From positions 74,462,001-74,526,000 of the forward strand of contig NC_043003.1 of assembly GCF_006345805.1 (NCBI RefSeq): a DNA stretch of 64,000 nt, given 5' to 3'. Each line of letters begins with the position of its first letter. Position 1 is the first letter of the stretch. The notes below the pieces were generated by a model. The model worked only from the letters and a program-made list of their open reading frames with translations, was not told where the DNA came from and made no database searches. This document shows positions 13,379 to 25,256 of this stretch, in pieces. The translations under genes were made by a program, and so were the position numbers. This DNA comes from Octopus sinensis. Its lineage: Eukaryota.

Positions 13379-13674
13379 TTGTTTTATAGCTTTTGTTGTT
13401 TCTTCATCATCTTCTTCTTCTTCTTTGTGTTTATTAGGTGGTATGATTTCTTGTTTGTATTTGTCAGCTTCCTTAAATACTGAGAACAGTTTTTTGTTTT
13501 GCTCGTGTTTTTGCTATCTGGATCAGTTTTCCTTCCTTCTGAAGTAGGTATTTTTGCAGTCCTATGGTGGTTATTTTATAGTAGTTTTCCATCTGTATAA
13601 GGCTCTACCACCTTCTATACGTTGTATATATAGTCTTTCTATGTCAGATTTTGGGTGATGCATCCTAGATCCTG

Positions 13675-14900
13675 TCAGTATATTTTTCTTGTTTTCCTAT
13701 CTATTTTGGACAGTTCATTTCGTGTCCAGTTAAGGATGTTGTAGCTGTAACTTATAACTGGGACAGCTAAAGTGTTGATACCTATTATCTTGTTTTTAGC
13801 ATTGAGCTCTGTTTTTAGTATTGATCTAACTCGTCTATAATATTCTTTTTTTATTTTCTCTTTCATTTGTGTGTGTTGTGTCTTATCTAGTTCATGGATT
13901 CCTAAGTATTTGTAAGTTTGGCTTTGGTCTAATTCTTTTATTTCATTGGTTTTATCTAGTGTGATGTTGTTACTCTTAACTAGTTTTCTCTTTTCATGGT
14001 TACTTTGGCGCATTTTTCTAATCCAAATTTCATATCTATTCTTTGGTAAATCCATGAACTGTCTTTAATAGTTTTTCCAGCTGTTTGTCATTTGCAGTGT
14101 ATAGTTTTAGGTCATCCATATATAAAAGGTGGCTGATCGTTTTTGCCGTAACATTTATATCCGCATCCAGTTCTATTTAGCATATCAGATAGAGGTGACA
14201 GTACCAAGCAGAAAAGGAGTGGAGAGAGCGTGTATCCCTGGAATATTCCTCTTCTGGGGATGTCTTTGGTTTTCATGAGTCCCTCTTTTGTTTGGAGGTG
14301 TAGGACTGTTTGCCATTTATTCATAGAGTGCTCTATGAATTTTATGATTGTTGGTGCTACTTTGTTAATGGCTAGTGTTTCGAGGATCCATGTGTGGGGG
14401 ATGCTATCAAACGCCTTTTTGTAGTCAATCCAGGCCATACTGAGGCCTTTCTTCTTTCTGTGGCTGTCTTCAGTTACGGCTTTATTAATCATTAGCTGAT
14501 CTTTACAGCCATATGAGCCCTTGCGGCATCCTGGGAACAGTTTGTTTTCGTCCAGGTGCTTGTTCAGCCTTTGCGATATCACTGCAGTAAATGCCTTGAA
14601 CATAGTAGGGAGGCAGGTTATTGGTCTGTAGTTTTCTGGTTTTGTTGTTTCATTTGATTTGGGAATTAAGATGGTTTTTCCCTTCGTGAGCCATTCAGGC
14701 ATTGTCTCTGGCTCTGCTAGTATGCTGTTAAAGTTTTCAGCCAGCTTTTTGTGCATTCCTGTTAGATATTTCAACCAGAAGTTGGGGATCTTGTCATGTC
14801 CAGGTGCCTTCCAGTTGCTTAGTTTTTGCAGTGCCTGGGTGACCTCTTCAGTTGTTATGGGGGTCCAAAGTTGTTCAGATGCCGAGTTTGTTATTTTCAT
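13675..14900 (-). pseudogene. R4 reverse transcriptase, frameshifted
   Basis: WKAPGHD, NYRPITCL, WIDYKKAFDSIPH, RGIFQG, HLLYMDDLKL (near 14100-14130), YKYLG. Confidence 0.95.
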
Positions 14901-16185
14901 ACTCCTTTTTTTTTGGATGTTCGTTCGCCGACCATATTTCTCTCCAGAATTCTTCCAATTCTTCTGCCGTTGGTGCTGCAGTGACTTCTATTTTATTTTT
15001 TCCCAGTTCTTGGTAGAACTTTTTGGGGTCGGAGTTGAACTTTTTGTTCTGTTCAAAGAAGCGTTGGCGTTTCTCGTACCGGCGGATCCTTTGAGCTTTG
15101 GCAAGGATATCTTGCTTCAGCTTTTCTTTTATCTCCGGCAAATCTTTTTCTGTGATGTTATATTTGCGAAGCATTTTTTTTCTCTTTTTGTTGCTTAGTA
15201 GCTTTGCTTGTTTGCTGATTTCATTAAGAATCGACAGGTCTTTTCTAGTTTTTTTTTTTGTTTTGTTTTGGATGTTATTTATCCACAGGGTTTGTTTGGG
15301 TGGTGGTACTCCTGTTTGGGAGTGTTTGGGTGAGTATCCAGCTTCTTTTGTGGCTGCAGTGGCTGCTGCGTATATCAAGTCATTTAGTTCAGTGATATCA
15401 CTTTTTTTTGTTTCAGTGGCTAGTTCAGTGACGGCTAGGTTTATGTTGTTTATAATTGGTGTTGTTATTGCGTTTATTTTTATTCTTGGGAGGTATGGTC
15501 GGTGGTCCATTTTGGGCTCTGTGGTTTTCAGTTCTTTGATTATTTTATTTTTTATATTATCATAATCATTAGGCTCCCCTTCGTTGTTTACATCGTGTTT
15601 GTTGGGAATGTTGCGTTTGTCTTCGTGTTTTACAGTTTCAGTGTTTATATTATTGGGCATTGTTGTGTGGCTTCTATCTACATTTTCCTGGTGTATTTTT
15701 TCTTTTAAATGTTCTATTTCTATTTCTGATATTTTTTTGGCCTTGAGAATGTATCTTCGTACGTTAGCTAATTTATTAGCTGTATCCAAGTCTATATCTC
15801 TATTATTTTCTTTCCATATTTTATATGTATGCGTTGTTGTATTTTCATTTTGTGGGTAGAGCATTGCTGTGAATTATGCGTGTAAGATAGAAATGTATTC
15901 CTCACGTGTCCATTTACGTCTTTTAGGTTTTAATTGCGGGACATGAGGTACAACGTCCGGCCCATTATTTTGACGGTCGTCATTTTCGTAGGGTACCGGT
16001 CGGTTTATTTCTGTTGTCACATTATTTCGCACGTGTAGTTTTTCGTACATTTTTTGTTGTAAGTTTAATGTACGTACCGCTCGATTGTTATTCTTGGGTT
16101 GAATAGTATCGGTGGCATTTAATTTCTTCGTAGTTCCTTTGTACATGGTGTTTGAGGTCGGGGATGATCGTGTTGTTCCACGCAT
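14875..16185 (-). pseudogene. R4 ORF N-terminus with Myb-like region, frameshifted near 15870
   Basis: KRRKWTREEYISILHA joins NKLANVRRYILKAKKISEIEIE; later RIRRYEKRQRFFEQNKKFNSDPKKFY. Confidence 0.85.
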
Positions 16186-16406
16186 GTTTACATGTGTTGT
16201 GTTAGAGGTGGAGATAATATCGAGTCAAAATACATCATTTCGTTTCGAAAATAGTAATAAATTTCAATTCGTATTACTTACTCGGATATAGTCCAATTCT
16301 TTGTTAGTAAATCTTTGGCTCCATAGGGTGTCCTTGTTTTCGATGTTTGTGGATAGATTTCGGAGCTCTGTATTTTCCTTCTTACATCTTAAACGTCCCC
16401 GGTGTC

Positions 16407-16480
<74 letters not shown>

Positions 16481-16698
16481 GTTGTTGTTATTGTGGCTGT
16501 TGTTGTGGTTGCTGCTACTGCTATTAATATAACGACAGGCTGGCAGAATCCTTAACGCATCGGACAAAATGCCCAGTCATATTTCTTCTAAATATTCACG
16601 TTCTTATTTCGTTTATCACCGCTGTGATCATTACCTTTCATCCTTTCAGTTTTGTGCTTGTCCATGTATGTGAATTATATGCATGCATGTGTATGTGA

Positions 16699-16770
<72 letters not shown>

Positions 16771-16988
16771 TCACATACACATGCATGCATATAATTCACA
16801 TACATGGACAAGCACAAAACTGAAAGGATGAAAGGTAATGATCACAGCGGTGATAAACGAAATAAGAACGTGAATATTTAGAAGAAATATGACTGGGCAT
16901 TTTGTCCGATGCGTTAAGGATTCTGCCAGCCTGTCGTTATATTAATAGCAGTAGCAGCAACCACAACAACAGCCACAATAACAACAAC

Positions 16989-17048
<60 letters not shown>

Positions 17049-17494
17049 TAAGACACCGGGGACGTTTAAGATGTAAGAAGGAAAATACAGAGCTCCGAAA
17101 TCTATCCACAAACATCGAAAACAAGGACACCCTATGGAGCCAAAGATTTACTAACAAAGAATTGGACTATATCCGAGTAAGTAATACGAATTGAAATTTA
17201 TTACTATTTTCGAAACGAAATGATGTATTTTGACTCGATATTATCTCCACCTCTAACACAACACATGTAAACATGCGTGGAACAACACGATCATCCCCGA
17301 CCTCAAACACCATGTACAAAGGAACTACGAAGAAATTAAATGCCACCGATACTATTCAACCCAAGAATAACAATCGAGCGGTACGTACATTAAACTTACA
17401 ACAAAAAATGTACGAAAAACTACACGTGCGAAATAATGTGACAACAGAAATAAACCGACCGGTACCCTACGAAAATGACGACCGTCAAAATAAT
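15964..17494. repeat. ~1.53 kb palindrome centred on (AT)n 16702-16767
   Basis: Non-repetitive sequence of the arms appears identical: the ORF start MRGTTRSS... occurs at 16185(-) and 17273(+). Only the (ATT)n tract lengths differ. Confidence 0.97.
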
Positions 17495-17495
17495 A

Positions 17496-17496
<1 letters not shown>

Positions 17497-17537
<41 letters not shown>

Positions 17538-17758
17538 GTTGTTGTTATTGTGGCTGTTGTTGTGGTTGCTGCTACTGCTATTAATATAACGACAGGCTGG
17601 CAGAATCCTTAACGCATCGGACAAAATGCCCAGTCATATTTCTTCTAAATATTCACGTTCTTATTTCGTTTATCACCGCTGTGATCATTACCTTTCATCC
17701 TTTCAGTTTTGTGCTTGTCCATGTATGTGAATTATATGCATGCATGTGTATGTGAATT

Positions 17759-17760
<2 letters not shown>
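17497..17760 (+). repeat. Third, direct copy of ~16430-16702
   Basis: (ATT)n-GTTGTT...GACAGGCTGGCAGAATCC...GTATGTGAATTTATATA is repeated; it includes a decayed family B SINE piece. Confidence 0.95.
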
Positions 17761-17789
<29 letters not shown>

Positions 17790-17798
17790 ATATATAAT

Positions 17799-17858
<60 letters not shown>

Positions 17859-18214
17859 ATATATATATGTATAAATATGTATATATATATATATCGAAAC
17901 GTGGAGTAGATGAAACAAAGGTGACTGAAGAAGGGGAATTTTCCTTGGTTTTGTGTTCCTGTTTTTGTTCCTCTTTGTGTTCGACGTTTTTTTTTGGTGT
18001 CCTGTACTCATATATGCATGTATATATACATGTAGAGGTAGGTACGTGCATATATGTAAGTATATATGCATATGTTTTATTTATTAATTTATATAAGTGT
18101 ATGTGTGTTTGAATATATATATATAGATGTCTAGAGAGAGAGAGATCGAAATGGGAGAGACAAGTACATATAAACACATATATGCATACATATATCGAGG
18201 CACGCATATATACA

Positions 18215-18248
<34 letters not shown>

Positions 18249-18329
18249 CATGCTCACACACATACATATATATCCCTCCCAATCTCTCTATTTCTTTTTG
18301 TCGCATCCTACTTATCTGTCTGTCTTTCT

Positions 18330-18840
18330 TTCACTCTCTATCTTATTTACTTCTCCTTTCTCCTCAATCCCTTTATTTCTTTACCTTATGCACACACCCA
18401 CCTTGTTCTCCCTGCTTGTTGCTCGCACGTGACTACAAGCCATTTTCTCGTGTCTCTGTCTTATCGGAAGTTGACGACTAGATGGCCAGACGCCATTTCT
18501 CTCGCTTCTCGGCATCACTTTAGCTTCTAAATTTCCCCTCCATTTATTCTTTATCCTTTCGAAATTACTCCCATGCGTAATCATTACGATTCGTCGTAAC
18601 CTAACAGCCCTAAACGTCTGTCTCCGTCAATCGTTTACTTCCGTATTCTAGTGTTGTTCTTCGTTCGAAGCCCGACTTATCCACAGCTGTCTTGTCGTTA
18701 CAAAGAAACACGTAGTAATAAACAGTCGACAACTGAGTAAGAGTCAGACTTCTTTTGGCATTTTGTCTCGTACTTGTCTCTCGTGTGTTTATTTACTTTT
18801 CGCTCGTTGGCGATGTCTTGTACTCAATGTGAATTTTTCA
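18330..18840 (+). mobile_element. Probable solo LTR or other interspersed repeat
   Basis: Non-coding, CpG-retaining block with AATAAA near 18716. It resembles an LTR-type repeat by recall only; TG...CA ends and TSD were not identified. Confidence 0.35.
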
Positions 18841-18886
18841 ATTTTATCATATGTGTATGTATACACAACACACACACACACGCACG

Positions 18887-18920
<34 letters not shown>

Positions 18921-19051
18921 GGAATTTATACATATACATGTATATGTATCTATGTATGTGTATATGTAAATCTGCATGTGTATGTTTGTATATATATAAT
19001 ATACATATATGTAGAAGTATTTAAGTTCATGAATATATGCATATGTATAGG

Positions 19052-19084
<33 letters not shown>

Positions 19085-19135
19085 ATATATATACATATAT
19101 ATGTATATATGTATATATATATATATATATATACA

Positions 19136-19212
<77 letters not shown>

Positions 19213-19226
19213 CTATATGTATGTAT

Positions 19227-19263
<37 letters not shown>

Positions 19264-20029
19264 TCTACATAGTTTGTAAGTATTTATCGAAGGGAAATAA
19301 GCGCTAGCTGGAAATTAATTGTATGGAGTTGTATTGTTGTTTATATATCTGTTTTCCAAAGAGATATATCTCATTATGTCACTTAATACAGTAGTACTTA
19401 TGGGATTCCATTCTCTGTCACTAGTAATGTTTGCTAATGTTGTTTCTGTAATTCGACACCCGAAATCATTAAATACAAACCTATTACATTCCATTAGCGC
19501 AAATGGCTCTAGTTACCGATGACATAAAGTATCAAATATACACTTAATTGTACTCGTCTGTCATATATTTCTCCATTATTCTGTTTAGAAAATATTTACT
19601 TCTTAAGAAGAGCGTAAATGTACAAATTAAAAATAATAATTTGCAAACTTTTAGTACCATTAAGGATTGTATTGATGATTGTGTCGAAAGACTGTTCATC
19701 TACCAGTTGGATTTCCTCCTCTTGTCATACAAAATATATGACTAGGGGCGTTAGTACGGTCTATATTGGTGATATAGGATGTTGATGGAACACCAATGTA
19801 TGCGTTGAGTTAAAATATTTAGAAAGTAGTTGAAGATCACACATAGAAATCACGTGTCAGGAAATGCATATATGTGTGTATATACATATATATGTGTGTA
19901 TAAAATATATAACATTTCATGTATTATTTATGTAAAGCATAATATGTTATACATTTATGTATATTGTTGTACGTTTATATATTTGTTTTGCAAGATTTTT
20001 GATCTGAAATCGTGTGTTGAAACAGACAT

Positions 20030-20490
20030 TGCTGTATTTCGGAATGGTCATTTTGCTAGTTTAGCCAATAAAAACACACGCACTATATATTTGGTGTTAC
20101 TTTGCTTCAGCGTTATTTATTATTTACATTAATCTTAATCTTATTTCGGCCAGAGTTCTTTCGTCACACACCTGTGACCGGATCAGTGGTACTTTGCTTT
20201 CTTCTTTCTTATTTGTGTGTCTCTCCTTACTAACGGTCAGCCATTTTGTATTCCTATTGTATGTGTCTTCATTTGCGCATGCGTATATCTCTATGTGCGT
20301 CTATGTTTAGTTAGTGTGTGCGTGTGTGGGAAATGCCTGTAATATTTGTATCTCCTGTTTATATACGTTCGTTTATATACATAGACGCACATAGAGATAT
20401 ACGCATGCGCAAATGAAGACACATACAATAGAAATACAAAGTGTTTTTATTGGCTAAACTGGCAAAATTACCGTTCCTAAATACAACACT
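20030..20490. mobile_element. Fold-back repeat with two pairs of inverted arms and a hammerhead-like motif
   Basis: Arms 20041-20077/20441-20477 (3 mismatches) and 20245-20306/20379-20440 (1 mismatch). Confidence 0.8.
20150..20189 (-). ncRNA. Hammerhead-like motif, G8/A9 altered
   Basis: Minus strand: CCA-CTGATCC-G-GTCAC(AGGTGT)GTGAC-GAA-AG(AA)CT-C-TGG, with helices I, II and III all pairable. Confidence 0.55.
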
Positions 20491-20594
20491 ATATTGTTAT
20501 AATTGTCCTTTTAGTAAATAAATAAATTTACATAATATAATGTCTAAAAGTTGATGAATACTACCTCTGGATCCCATTCATTTTCTCATTGCTC

Positions 20595-20631
<37 letters not shown>

Positions 20632-21022
20632 TCTCTGTTTTCTCTTTTTGTAATATCCTATTTGATCTTCCTTCTTTCTCTTCAACTATCTAAACTGCTC
20701 CTGATTAGTAACCTAACGTAAACTCGTCATCCAAATAATTCTAATAGCTAATTCCGCACATGTCCATCTAACATGCACATCTCTGTTATTCCTATTAGCA
20801 AATGAAACATGACTAACTGTAAAAACAATGCCAATGTACCTTCCCCCTCCTGTTTTCTTTTACAATACCCATGTAAAAAAAATTCCAGAATTTCCAACCT
20901 GAATAGATACGTTGTATCTGTACAACAACGATAGAAACTTCGTACTAAATTCTAATAATTGAATATTCAGATATGTACTCCAAGAGGAAACAACAGATAT
21001 TTAAACCGAGCTACATTATATA

Positions 21023-21719
21023 TACGAGGTTTGATCAATGAGTTTCAGGACTGTTGCCATAGTAACGAAGCTCTGCCAGATTGACATTGAACTCTGCTGT
21101 GCAAGCACAGTAAGATTTATTATTCTGTCTCACCTCCCCTGTTTACAGCAGAGCTTGGAAGGAACGTGTGCAGTGCATTATCGTCGCATTGACCATGAAT
21201 TTACATCACATCTTGCCAAACGCTTGGCGATAACTACTCAGAAAGTTGCAGAAAGTGTACGGAGAGAGGTGTATCAGCAGAAAAAAATGTCGATAGTGCC
21301 GAACGTTCTGGTAGATCCGCAGCCAACGGAACTGAGAAGAACATCGCACGTGAGTGAGCAGCTATGAGGTGGAAATGGTCGAACCAGCATCCGTGAGGTA
21401 TCATAGGATGTGCAGATTAGTTACGGTTCAGTTCAGTCCTTTATCACTGAAGATTTGTGTATGAGACGCCTGTCTGCCTAGTTTGTGCCAAAACTGCTTT
21501 CATCTGACAACACACCTACACATTCAGCGCAGCTTGTGCAGCAGATTTTGTCTAGGTACAATCAGGTCCGCCAGCCAACTTGCTCCTGTGTCCACTTTCA
21601 AAAATCAAATCCTGCTTGAAAAGAGGAAGATTTCAGGACGTCGAGGTCACGGTGAATGCGATGAGTTTCAGGAATGCTTGATCGCATGCGAGTAGGAACT
21701 GTGTGTCATATACCAAGCG

Positions 21720-21720
<1 letters not shown>
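21023..21720 (+). mobile_element. Mariner remnant (left TIR, N-terminus, deleted core)
   Basis: TACGAGGTTTGATCAATGAGTTTCAGGAC start; ISYGSVQSFITEDLCMRRLSA*FVPKLLSSD (WVP-type motif); C-terminal KRKFQD-like and EFQEC-like segments. No right TIR found. Confidence 0.85.
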
Positions 21721-21817
<97 letters not shown>

Positions 21818-22179
21818 AGGTATATAACACACAGATGCTGCTCGCGTGCGATCATACAACTATAGTAAGAAACTTTCTTTAATAGATTTTATTACCCGGA
21901 AGCAAAGGAAAAGCTTAAAACGATTCCATTAGAACTGATTTGACTGAAGCTTCGTGAAAACTACTCTACAACGAAGGATTTGAGGCCTCATATTTATAAT
22001 CGTGAGTAGAATATCCTCAACCGATTAGCAGAGATCCCTATATTAATCATAGTATGTTAAGGAAAATATAATGAAGAATGTTTACGTTCCTGCCACAGTT
22101 GAATTCATACAAACCAATATACACTCTGGCCAGTGAGACAAATGAACAACTTTGATGCATTTGCACTACCTAAGTAGAG

Positions 22180-24400
22180 TATCAATGAAGCTTTGAGTCT
22201 GATATTGGATTCTTAAATTGTTATTGACTTTCTTGGTAGGACAAGATATATGGCATGCGGATACTTTGAATGAAATATTCTGCTGTCCTTGAAAATGTAC
22301 CATTTCGTTTTGAGTTCTTTAAATATTTGTAATTCTAATACATGGAAAATTATGTGAATGTCATTTCTATCTCATCATCTCTTTTCTACTGCTATTATTT
22401 TGGAAGCAAAATTGGATGGGTTGGTTTAAACACCACGATTCATTTTGTTGTCACTCGGAGGAAATTCTTGTATTGTGGTTTCTGTGCATGAAACTATAGA
22501 AAAGGTAAGTTGTAGAAAGTAATTAAATCAAATTTGTTAATGGGTTTTGTAATACAATGAATCATTATTCTTTAGTTGAGTACATAGTTGTACGGTGGAG
22601 TAAAGTTTGTTTGCCGGGGGGAGTCCAGATATCTGAAGTTACGGAATGTGCTCGATGCGATCCGAAACAGCAAATTTCTCGAATTACCTCCTTACATGTC
22701 CGCCATGTTTTTCATTCCATACGAATAATTAAATTTTGACATCGTTATTAAATCATTTGACTGACGCACTGCCTCTAACATCGTCAGAATATTTTTGTAT
22801 AAGTCCTCAATAATGAGAGAGTTTTTTGAGACGGTAGAATATTTTCAAATTCCGATGGTAATTAAGCTTATGTTTCGAGATTTAATTATTTGCCTAATCA
22901 AATATTCCCAAATCAAATAATTTCATTTGTAGAATATTTAAAATCTGATTGCATATATGTTGTTTCGGCAAGTTGTAATTTCAGCAATTTGCATTGTTCT
23001 TTATGCGAATACTGAGCTATAGTATCCAAAGACAAACGGTCGACAACGAAGAATACTTCTAAAGCTAAAATAGGATTTAGGAATTCTGCAATCTCTGAAT
23101 TGTTTAGTGCCGTCACCTAGATGAAACATATTCGGTCACTCCATATGACTATGTAATTTGTTTTAGCTATTAAAGAGACATTTTAGCAAAAAATGTCAGT
23201 CATTAAATTTTAAAATGCGATGTAATTCATTTATATGTTTCATTAAATTCCTAAATTAATTTCATCTAATCTCTAAACTCTTCATCCGTGTGGCTTCAGC
23301 ATACACTTTCCTACTCCAGCCTACAACATAGAGTCTATGTAATAATATAATATACACGTAAATGTAGTAGGTAAATCTACTTAAAATTCCACCTAATCGT
23401 CTATTATGCAGAATTGTGAAATTGTTACATAAGCAATGATTTATAGGTCAGATTACTACAGAAAATCTAAAGAACATTAACTCAGTGTTCTGTAACACAC
23501 TTACGCGGCCTGCCTCAGCAAAATATCCAAAGCAAGAAACAAAGATTCTGTCAAGAATAATCAGAGGATCATTGAAGAATATTCTCTGTGCCACAATCAT
23601 CTCAAGCCATAAACCAAATTAAAGGTGTTAAGAAGTAAAATTAATATAATTCTAAAATGAAGTGTTCCCTTCAGTGCTGTAAGTTGCCAAAGACATTTAC
23701 ACGAATGGTGAATATATGAACTTAGAGAGCATTCAATACATCAGCCAAATTTCACTTGTCCTCTAAAATAGTCTCTGATTAAACGCAATTTTTCAAAAGG
23801 AAGCATTAAAACTGCGGACACTGACCTATATATCTATGGAAGACGAGGCTCAATGTAATTACAGTGATAAAACAAGAATCTTAACTGCAACGTATATTTT
23901 CCTTTCGATGGAATTAATTCTCATCATTGAATACTCTCTTCCAGATTTCGGGTTATTTGCCAACAAATAGAAACGATTAAAAATTGTTTCGTGTAACTAC
24001 TCTATTTGGGAACAATACAACATCTAAGCAAAAACTGGTTCGATGCCATGTAAGTGTAAATTAAAAACAACTACCTGAGCGCAATGTGGAATTATATTCT
24101 TATCACTCCCCAACAAACTACTGAAGAATCTATTTCCATTAGCTGTCGCAACCCTTTAGAGTTTAAAGCAGTTCCTGAGATGTGCAATCCCCAGAGTGCT
24201 ACTTATGTAAAGGCAATTAGCCTGTCTAAAACAAATACCACTAAATTCATAGTCGAACAATCGCTCACTACACCTCTAAGTTATGATATCTGTATTGCTA
24301 ATAATCAAGAAATATTTACCAAAGTAAATGTGAAGTGGGCCATCATCTGGAAATGTACGAGCTGTAATGATGCATGGCCTGCTCGCTTATTATTCAGTAG
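22180..24400 (-). mobile_element. Heavily decayed Helitron RepHel (PIF1-like helicase)
   Basis: Ordered degenerate motifs: AGVGK (Walker A-like, ~23310), ISGLPP (~22625), NQPIQFCF (~22410), HAIYLVLPR (HGQLYVALSR-like, ~22245). Many stops and frameshifts; boundaries are approximate. Confidence 0.5.
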
Positions 24401-24797
24401 TGTTGAATACCTTTCAATCCGTTTCTTCTCTCTATCACTAGCTCTCTGTAATCTCTGTGGACAAATATACACACGCATATATCCGTGTCTGTGACTATGT
24501 CAGTGTATGTGAGATTCTACGAGTGTGAATAGGAGTGTTTGTATAAATTTAGGGATGGATGAATAAATCTGTGTATGTACGGATGCCTATAGGAAACCTT
24601 TTTAAGAAAAGATCAAGGAGACGAGATATCAAAAGAGGATTCATTAAAAGCTAAAAATAACTGTATAACAAATATTTGTTTTTTATAAATTTAGTGTTTT
24701 AGCAGAGGAACCTCGCTTCCGTTAATTCATATTTCTGCACTGTTTCCATTCATGATACACACTACACAGAAGTATATAAGGAGAGCATATATATATA

Positions 24798-24954
<157 letters not shown>

Positions 24955-25183
24955 ATGTATATGTATATATATATGTCCATACGTAAGACACACAAGTGTG
25001 CAAGGAAAGCATACTTATATTAATACATATGTGTGTGTAAGAATGTATATATGTGTGTGTGCGTGTGCATTCACTTACGCATAAGCATGTACATATGCAT
25101 TTAAATATATACATATTTATATACATCCATCCATGTATACATACATACATTTATGTATGTATATATTAGTGTATACATACATG

Positions 25184-25256
<73 letters not shown>

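Larger units (their letters stand above)
12479..16406 (-). mobile_element. Full-length, disrupted R4/Dong-clade non-LTR retrotransposon (~3.9 kb) in (TAA)n
   Basis: Myb-like N-terminus, RT, CCHC finger and PD-(D/E)xK RLE occur in order; both ends abut (AAT)n. Confidence 0.95.

Noticed and set aside
16190-16406. HDV-like ribozyme in the R4 5' UTR
   Set aside because: No P1 partner for the 5'-terminal GACACCG was found, and no P1.1/P4 arrangement is evident.
17893-18010. CGAAACGT...CTGAAGAAGG as a permuted (type II) hammerhead
   Set aside because: The triplet would be GUG and helix I does not pair. It may be a repeat-end fragment but is not supportable as a ribozyme.
22631-22680. CTGAAGT...TCCGAAAC hammerhead look-alike
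   Set aside because: A9 and the helix III/UH site are absent, and it lies antisense within Helitron-like coding remnant; probably chance.
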